Source of the DNA: Octopus sinensis
Lineage: Eukaryota
Reading direction: 5' to 3'
Assembly (NCBI RefSeq): GCF_006345805.1
Contig: NC_043026.1
Coordinates: forward strand, 2,542,001 to 2,606,000
DNA length: 64,000 nucleotides
Shown here: one piece after another, positions 55,000 through 64,000 of the stretch
How the letters are laid out: each line of letters starts with the position of its first letter
Numbering within the stretch: the stretch's first letter is position 1
The notes under the pieces: generated by a model
Told to the model about the DNA's origin: nothing
Database searches by the model: none
What the model saw: only the letters and a program-made list of their open reading frames with translations
Made by a program: the position numbers and the translations under genes

Positions 55000-55862
55000 C
55001 TTTATATGCCAACAGAATGTGGCAGTCCTATAAAGGACGTTGTTACTGTTGTCATAGCCCCAGGAAAACCTCTTTTCCAGCTGGCTGTTGACACACAGTT
55101 TGTGTCCGTATAGCATTCACAAGGGAGGTCATTGCTCCTATCTCTAGCCTTACATGATACTCACAGCCCTGGGTTTCATTGTGAGGCAATCACAGGCGAG
55201 TGACAAAAACTTTCTCCACTCACAAATGTTATCTATTTTCTAAGTGACACACAGTCGCTGAACTTGTAGAGAGAAAAACAACTTGAGAGAGATATACTGT
55301 AGCAGTACCGAATAGTAATGCTTATATGCCAACAGAATGTGGCAGTCCTATAGAGGACGATGTTACTGATGTTTTCCTGGGGCTATAACAATAGTAACAC
55401 CGTCCTTTATAGGACTGCCACATTCTGTTAGGATATAAACATTACTATTTGGTACTGTTACTATATATCTCTCATTCTAAGATTTAAAACAAGTTGTTTT
55501 TCTCTCTACAAGAACAGCGACTGTTTGTTGCTTAAAAAATATCTAGCATTTGTGAGTGGAGAAAGCTTTTGTGACTAGCCTGTGATTGTCTTACACTGAG
55601 GACAGGTAACCACCTAGAAACCTGGGGCTGTGAGTATCACATAAGGCTAGAGATGGGAGCGATGACCTCCCTGACAAATGCTATATGGACACAAACTGTC
55701 TGTTGATCGCCAGCTAGAAAAGAGGTTTTCCTGGGGCTATAACAACAGTAACACCGTCCTTTATAGGACTGCCACATTCAGTTGGCTTATATATACGTAT
55801 TACTGTTTGGTACTGTTACTGTATAATCTCTCACTCAGAGATTTAAAATAAGTTGTTTTTCT
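55000..55862. mobile_element. Non-coding partial-tandem plus inverted repeat of a 320-354 bp unit (PLE pLTR or retrozyme-like)
   Basis: Unit starts at 55002 and 55322 in one orientation; inverted units start at 55371 and 55725; TA tract at left end. Confidence 0.8.
55590..55634 (+). ncRNA. Degenerate minimal type I hammerhead-like motif
   Basis: CTTACA CTGAGGA CAGGT-AACC-ACCT A GAAA CCTGGGG C TGTGAG; lacks the usual UH cleavage U. Confidence 0.5.
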
Positions 55863-55886
55863 CCAAATATGAAATCTGTTCTTCAG

Positions 55887-55998
55887 GCAAATGGTGGATC
55901 GTCTATTGTAGACAACACTGTGATTGGATTAAATCCAAATGTTGAATTCTTGAAGAAAGTCTCTGAACAGTCAGGTGTGAATATCCTTGCAGGCACAG
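55887..55998 (+). CDS. PTER: Phosphotriesterase-related protein, internal exon
   Basis: cag|ANGGSSIVDNTVIGLNPNVEFLKKVSEQSGVNILAGT G|gt; resembles vertebrate PTER ANGGGALVENTT...GVHIISGAG as recalled. Confidence 0.88.
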
Positions 55999-56741
55999 GT
56001 AACATACTTATTTATGGCTTTAGTTTCTCTCCCTTTTTTTAAAATCTTGTCAGGTACCCATAATGAATGGCGCAGCATTTTTTGATGTTGTTGTTTGTTT
56101 CTCATTTATGGGTTTCTGTTTCCTTTTCCATCCTTTTTACAGCTTTTTACCATTCAAGATGGGGAACTGGCAGAATTGTTAGCATGCTGGAGAAAATGCT
56201 GAGTGGCATTCTGTTGTGAGTTCAAATTTCACTGAGGTCAACTTTGCATACTTTTTGGGTTGATGAAACAAGGTCCAGTTCAGTACTAGGGTTGACTGAG
56301 CAGACACATGACCAAAGTTGTGGCCTTACAAACACAAGTTCACACACACACACACACACACACATGCACTCACACGCACACACAGAGGCCATAAATGCAT
56401 TTGACTCTTCTTTGTATAAGAGTTCATCCCTGGTTCGATTCAGGTACATGATGTTGATAAACCTCCAAAATGGTGAAATATCTGTATCCATCACTCCTGA
56501 ATGGGATTGGAGATGAGCTGTGTCATGTGTCTATGATACCCACTGGTACAGCCTTCTGGCTTGCCAACCCCTAGTCAAACCGTCCAACCCATACCAGCAT
56601 GGAAAGCAGACGTTAAACGATGATGATGATGATGATGATGATGCTATGAAGGAGTCGTCCACAATGCACAATACTGTAAACGAGCAAAAACACATTCACT
56701 GAGTTGATAATATTTACAACATCACCAATGCTTTTAATTCA

Positions 56742-57160
<419 letters not shown>

Positions 57161-58270
57161 GCCCGTTGTTGTTGCACTTTCCGATTCCTTGCTTTCCCAG
57201 TACGTGATGCCAGGCTTGGTGGTCAGTCCCGACACGGGTGTTAAAGTCTCCAAGGAGGATGAGCTTCCCAGGCTGGGCTGACGTGATGAGGGAGTCAAGT
57301 TCCTCATAGAACCTGTCCTTAACTTCTTCAGGGTTGGTCATGGTGGGGGCGTAAGCACTGATAATGGTCGCACTAGTCTTGTTTCCAAGTGGGAGCTGCA
57401 TTTTCATCAGCCGATCGTTGATACCCTCGGGGGAGCTTTCCAGTTTCCGCACGTGTACTGACTTGATGGCAAAACCAACACCAGCCTCACGACGCTCTTC
57501 GCTGCTGCGACCACTCCAAAAGAAAGTGTAGCCGCCGCCTGTCTCTGTCAGCTGGCCTTTGTCCGCAAGGCGGGTCTCGCTCAGTGCTGCGATATCAACA
57601 TTGGATCGGCTCAGTTCTCTGGCCACCAGGGCAGTTCGTCTCTCTGGTCTGTCCGCTTTGGTGTTGTCAAGCAGAGTTCTCACGTTCCAAGTTGCGAAAG
57701 TGAGCACCTTTGTTCGTTTTCTTTCTTTGTTTCGACCGCTTGGAAAGGATCCCCGCCAGCCGCGGTTTGCTGACCAGGGTGGGGTGAGGCAGGCTATGTT
57801 TAGGGCAACCTTTTCTAGCCCCGTACTCATGCTGCGGAGGTGAGCAGAGCGATCCTGAAGAGGGCTGCTTGGTCACTCAGGGGGCTGCCGGACTCCACTG
57901 CTGCCTCAGTTCAGTGAGGGGCCACCACATGTCCTGAGCCGCCTGTGTGTGGGTTCACGACTGCAGCTCCCAGTATATCCTCACCTGCTACTTCGCCATT
58001 TCCCCATCGCCACAGGACTTTGTGATGGTATCATGATGTCATGACATGTGCGTGACTTGGATTATAGTGAGGGTGACTTGCGCAGGATCAGCCTCACTCT
58101 CTCGTCCTGGTGCGCCGGATCCAGTGGCAAGACAAAGTCAAGACAGCTGGGGGTAGACCAGGATGCAGGAGCTGCCGGAAGGTGGCATGCATGGCGCAAT
58201 CCAACTGCTTTAGGGGCTCCAGTCCGGATTTATGTAGGTTTTTGGATGGCCATTGACTCATGAGAGAGTT
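57161..58270 (-). mobile_element. RTE-clade LINE 5' portion (5' UTR plus AP endonuclease), 3'-truncated
   Basis: TFATWNVRTL, DIAALSETR, YTFFWSG, GVGFAI, ISAYAPT, LLGDFN; ORF runs straight into the TA tract. Confidence 0.9.
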
Positions 58271-58567
58271 CCTCTGCCCTTATCTATATACACATGTATA
58301 TACACACACATATATATTCGCACACATATACATATATATACACATATACATACACACATCCACTTGTACATACAAACACATCTACACACATTCATATACT
58401 CACAATACATACATATATACATATATGCTAACATCAATAGATGTATATGACTTCATTTATATGTACACTTGTACGTATGTAAGTGAGTGTATATATATAT
58501 ATATATAAATATAGGTTTGCTTATGCGTGTATATATATATATATATATGTGCATATATATATGTGCA

Positions 58568-58598
<31 letters not shown>

Positions 58599-58919
58599 GT
58601 GCATATGTATATATCAATGTGTGTTTTTATATGTATATATGTAATATTAGTAAAAACTATGTATGTTTATCTAAATACATGTTGTGTGTATGTGTATGTG
58701 TTTGCATATGCATATATATACACATGACCTTTTCTGTCCCCTTTTTCTATTTTACCTTTTTCCTCCTAAACACGTCTTGCTCCTCCTCAGATTCAAATCC
58801 CACACAAGTGTGTCTGTTGTTTCCAAGGACACTTAAGCAACATTTAGCTGCCTTGTAATTATTTCCCCAGATCCTTCCTATATATTGTACGCTCATATAT
58901 ATATATATATAAAACTATA

Positions 58920-59141
58920 CATGAGGGGTGCTGAAAAGTTCCTGGCTTTAAGGGTATCATGAAAAGCCTGGGTGGAGGCCCAACCTTCTGAGTTCTTTTG
59001 CAGGGCTCAGAAAAACTGAAGGACTGCGCTGCAAGAAGGGTGTAAATCTGAAAAGGGAACATGTTGAATAAAATCATAATTAACTGATCCTCTTGTATTT
59101 TCTTTCACCCAAAGCCAGGAACTTTTCAGCAAACCCTCATG
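58920..59141. mobile_element. Mariner-derived MITE (~222 bp)
   Basis: TIRs CATGAGGGGTGCTGAAAAGTTCCTGGCTTT / AAAGCCAGGAACTTTTCAGCAAACCCTCATG. Confidence 0.85.
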
Positions 59142-59410
59142 TGTGTGTGTGTGTGTGTGTGTGTGTTGTGTGTGTGTGTGTGTGTGTGTATGCGCGCGTG
59201 TGTGTGTGTGTGTGTGTGTGCATGCACACATACTTATCTAGACATAAATACACACACACACACACACAAACCCACCTACCTGTAACCATATATGACTCCT
59301 GTATATTAACATCCATTTGAATGTATTAGTGTATAAACATCCCTCACTTAAATCTGTTCATGGCTACAAAAGTTAATCCTTAATTTCTTAATCCTCATCT
59401 CACTTTACAG

Positions 59411-59566
59411 GTTTTTATGTCGACATAACTCATAGCGATGAAACTCGTAAAACCCCTGCTGAGAAACTGGCGTCACTAATGGAACATGATATAATATCTG
59501 GTGTTGGCACCTCTGGAATACATTGTGGGGTTATTGGAGAAATTGGCTGTTCGTGGCCCCTCACAG
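59411..59566 (+). CDS. PTER: Phosphotriesterase-related protein, internal exon
   Basis: cag|GFYVDITHSDETRK...IHCGVIGEIGCSWPLT|gt; phases match both neighbours. Confidence 0.93.
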
Positions 59567-61447
59567 GTAATCCCTTTTAAACCAGGGGTTCTCAACCATT
59601 TTGTTTTTTTATCTATGGACCCCTTTAATTAATATTTTATTCTGGTGGATCCCTTTAAGCCATCCGATGTTTAAAAACTAGTTTTATAGAAACTTCCTTC
59701 TAAATTCTAAATTTTGTTTTTCACACAAACAATAGTGTAGGTTGAACTATGTAAAATGTTGGAGAAAGAAACCTGGCTGTTTCTTGCATTACATAAATAT
59801 TGGATTAAAATAAGCCACAACCAAAAGAATTTCATTAACAGACATCCATTTCTCTATATGTTATGAGGAAATACGATCACTCACTCACACTCTCACATGC
59901 ATACATACACACATATGTATTTGTGTATGTGTATATAAGCGTGTGTGAGAAAGAGAGAGAGAGTGAGTATCACTTACACATACATGCATGGCATCCCACA
60001 CCTTCACTCACACTCTCTCTCATGCACAAAGACACACACATCCATTTCATATACACATACATACATATTTCACTTTCTGCCCTCACTTCAAAGCAATTGT
60101 CAATTTTTTCACTTTCTCCTCTCTTTCAATTTCTGCTTTCTTCAAAACATAAAGAAATAAAAAATTTTGCAGAAATGAACGAACAATCATATGATCCTAT
60201 ATGATTGAATTGACAACTTTGCTGCTTCAAATGAAAGAATACCATAAAATAACTTCCTTTGGTACACACACACACACACACTCTAGGTAAAACTTCTGCA
60301 TGAATTATGTTATTTCTTGCTGTATGCATGTACAAAATTACAGTTCAAATCCAGTTTAAAAACCTGATCTTCGATACAAATTTAGAAGGAAGTTTTTCCA
60401 GAAATCCTTTCCCTGTTGTTTCTTGCATGTCCAAGGTGTGACATTTGTGCCCCACCTTATTTTTTCCTAAATGGCTTCTGATTCCTATGTTTTCGCTACA
60501 GGAGATTAGGATTTCACCCATAAAACACATTCTCAATATTTTAATTTTCTTCATTTTTACTTTTTTCCAAATCTTTTTCTTGGTAATCCATGGAAAAAAA
60601 GACAGAATGAATCTTGAAGAATTTTCTTCTTCCTTTTTTTTAAAAGAAACACTAAAAGCTCCTTCTCAAAAATCTACCCATCACTTCACTACTTTCAAAA
60701 AGCTAAAGACTCACTTTTAGCTTTTTGAAAAGTGGGGAAGTTTCTTCTGAAATAATGTCATTTACCTGTTGTTTCTAGCATGTCGGGTTTTCTGGTAGTG
60801 GTCTGGTATTTTTATGTCTTCTATTTCAGTTCAATTCTACGCATTCATGAAACATCAGACGAAAGTGAAACATTGGGAGGTTTTAACTTTTTGAAAGTGG
60901 ATAGGTAATGGATGTGTGAGGTGGGGGAAGGTGTGTGTGTACAGGCCTTTTTTTTTATCCCCCTTAAAATCAATATTTTTCATCCAATTTTGTTTATGCT
61001 GGGAACATACATCACTTACGTTCCAGATCTCATTGTGACCTCCTTTGTTTTCTATTTTAGTCCACTTTTAGCTGATAATAATAAAATAGTTTATGTCACC
61101 CCTACCCACCCTCTTCCTGGGCATATACTACTATCTTACTGACTTCTTCTCAGACTTATTTCTTTGTGTGGTCATAGGGAATTTATAGCCATTGTGAATT
61201 AGGGGTTTGGGACATTAATGAATTTATCATCAACAGCTAGAACTTAACTAGCAATTCCCAGTGGTTTTGATTCTTAGGGGACGTAGTATATATAATGTGT
61301 CCTACTTGTTAAAATTCTATTTATTTATTTGTGCAGCTGAAGATGGCACTGCATTTAAATTGATGTAATGATTGCATTGTTCAATTAAATGGAGCCACTT
61401 GAAACAGTCGTACTGCATCACCTCTGGATATTCTGTTGCTTATTCGG

Positions 61448-61478
<31 letters not shown>

Positions 61479-61494
61479 TGTGATGAAAAGGGTT

Positions 61495-61815
61495 TCTGTT
61501 GAACAAATCGATCCCAGAACTTATTGTTTCTAACCCTAGTACTTATTCTATCAGTCTCTTAGCTGAACCGGTAAGTTATGGGGATGGAAACACCAACATC
61601 AGTTGCCAAGCAATGGTGGGCAGACAAGCAAACACACACACACACACACATATATGACAAGCTTCTTACAGTTTCCATTTACCAAATCCATTGACAATGC
61701 TTCCATTGGCCCGAGGCTATAGTGGAAGACACTTGCCCAAGATGCCATGCAGTGGGGATGAACCTGGAACCATGTGGTTGGGAAGCAAGCTTCTTACCAC
61801 ACAACCACACCTGTA
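61495..61815 (-). mobile_element. tRNA-derived SINE in PTER intron
   Basis: Reverse complement of the 10237 family. Confidence 0.75.
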
Positions 61816-61919
61816 CCTAATTGTTTTACATATAAGATGTGTTATTAACCTGAGAAGATATATTTCTTTATTGATTTTATAAAATTCTGTGTGTGATCCT
61901 ACCAAATCTCCAATTGCAG

Positions 61920-62084
61920 ACAGTGAACGTAAGGTACTGAGAGCTGCAGGAATGGCGCAAGAACACACAGGATGTCCAATAATTATTCACCCAGGGAGGA
62001 ATCCCAAATCACCTGCTGAGATTCTGAGGATTTTGACGGAAGCAGGAGCGAAAGCTGACCAGATTGTAATATCCCATCTGGACA
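61920..62084 (+). CDS. PTER: Phosphotriesterase-related protein, internal exon
   Basis: cag|DSERKVLRAAGMAQEHTGCPIIIHPGRN...ISHLD|gtaagt; includes the conserved His residues of IHPG and SHLD. Confidence 0.95.
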
Positions 62085-63834
62085 GTAAGTATAGTTTCTT
62101 TTAATTTCCCTTACTGGATTCAGTATGAAGGCATGTGGCCTAATGGCTAGGGTGTTGCACTTGAAATTTGATGATCGTGGATTCAATTCTTGAACTGGGT
62201 GGTGTGTGTTCTTGAGCAAAACACTTCATTTCATACACAGTTTTGTTGTTAAAACAGCAGAAAAATTGGATATTATTTCTCTTACAAGGCAGAAAAAGTT
62301 ATCAACAAACAACCATAGGATTCCGCCTTTTCGGGTGTTTTAATGGTGATACTCCATTCACGAATATCACTTTCTTGTCTGTATTGTACAATACACATTC
62401 AACGCTTCTAAAAAAAAACAAATGTTAGTTTATATACACATGTGGTTGTTACATTTCTATAAGCTATCTATTTAGCGTTTAAAATCGGTGGAAATGTTGT
62501 CAGCAGGTAGTTTAGCTTAATGGTAAAGCCAGTGTCTTAGGGGATGTGGGTTCAACTCCCATGGCTGTTTGTTGACAACTTTTTCCACCATGTAAGGGTA
62601 ATATTTCCCATTATTTCTGCTGTTTCAATGGCAATACTGCGTTTGAAAATATCAGTTTCTTGTCTGTTTCATAAGATACAGATTCAACTTGTTAGTTACC
62701 ATGGTTGCAATACTACCTCTCTCTCTCTCTCTCTCTCACTGTATTTCTCTCAACAGCAACTTAACCTTTCTTTCTCCCCTTCTTCCCTCCATGTAAATAT
62801 ATGCTGTGACAGGGGCTGTATCCCCTCATTGAAGAGCAATGAGTTATGAGTCCATTGAGAAGAGTCAGTATATAATCTTACATTATAAAAGAGAAGTTGA
62901 TCTCTATTTGTCACATCTATGTAGGAGGGAAAAGAAGGGGGAGAAAAGAGAGGACAAAACCCCTGTTGCAATGTATATTTACAAGGTGGGAAGAAGGGGA
63001 GGAGAAAAAGTTGTTGTTGGGAGAGAAAGAGTGTGTGTTTGTTTGTTTGTGTAAAAATGAGATAGATAGCTAGTGTTGTCACCATAGTAACTAACAAGTT
63101 TTGATTAAAAACATGAGAATTTTAACTGCAAGTCTGTCAACACACCGCAACACAGACTTCAAAAACATAACTATATGTGTGTATATATAAATAAAATTAA
63201 TATGAACATCGGTTTGCAATATTTCCCACCCCCACCCCAAAAGGATAAAAACAAAGTCAACCTTGGCAGAATTTGAACTCAGAATGTAAAAAGGAATGAA
63301 GTACTGCTGAGCTTTTCTTCTAGCTGACCAACAATCCTGCCAGATTGCTTCCTTAGTCACAATAACAATGGTAGTAATGGCTTAGTGGTTAGGGCAAGAT
63401 TGTCATTTCGATTCCTGGACCGAGAAATGTCTTGTGTTTTGTTGCTCCAGTCTACTCAGCTATAGAAATGACCACCACTAGTGGAGGCACGTTGCTTAGT
63501 GGTTAGGGTGTTGGACTCACAGCTGTAAGATTGTGGTTTCAATCCCTGGGCTGGGTGAGCCATTGTGTTCTTGAGCAAAGCACTTCATGTTGCTCCAGTC
63601 CACTCGGCCGTAGAAATGAGTTTAGCCTGGGGAGGAAGGGTTTCTGTCAGGCTTTCTCACCCTAGATATATGCTGCATGGCTGCAGTGCCCCCAACAACC
63701 CCCAAGGGATTAAGGGGCTTGTCAAAAGGATGATGATTATGGTGAGGATAACTGTGGCTAGTCATCCTGCAGCTGTTCATGATGATGATGATGATGATGT
63801 TGATGACAATATCTCTATCTTAATGTTAAACTAG

Positions 63835-64000
63835 GAACTCTCCTCGACAAAGAATCGATTCTCGAGTTTGCTGAGATGAAGTCTTATTGTGAGTTTGATC
63901 TGTTTGGAATCGAAACCTCTCACTACCAACAGGAAGAGAACATTGATATGCCCAGTGATGCCCAGCGCATAGAGAGGATCGGATGGCTCATTGATGCTGG
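63835..64000 (+). CDS. PTER: Phosphotriesterase-related protein, exon running off the window
   Basis: tag|RTLLDKESILEFAEMKSYCEFDLFGIETSHYQQEENIDMPSDAQRIERIGWLIDAG. Confidence 0.93.

Overview
AT-rich, repeat-dominated eukaryotic DNA. The SINE, LINE and microsatellite content looks like an octopus or other cephalopod genome (inference). The only confidently recognised host gene is phosphotriesterase-related protein (PTER): four plus-strand coding exons from 55887 to the window end, with its N-terminal exons not found. The rest is mostly transposon material. It includes a near-complete Penelope-like element (PLE) with a ~2.7 kb inverted arm (13055-20965), several smaller PLE remnants, RTE, CR1-like and NeSL/HERO-like LINE fragments, Helitrons, a Tc1 element, mariner/Tc1/hAT MITEs, many tRNA-derived SINEs, long (TA)n tracts and a ~6.5 kb array of an 80-bp satellite. 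The most notable signal is hammerhead-ribozyme-like folds, found by eye in four unrelated repeat families that all lie next to (TA)n tracts: a canonical-core type I fold with a long stem II insert (3 intact copies), a CUGAUGCG-core variant, a U3-A8 variant, and a degenerate fold in a 320-354 bp tandem/inverted, retrozyme-like unit. There is also an orphan, highly acidic ORF with 11-aa repeats (45040-45588, minus). All calls come from reading the sequence; no searches or folding programs were run.
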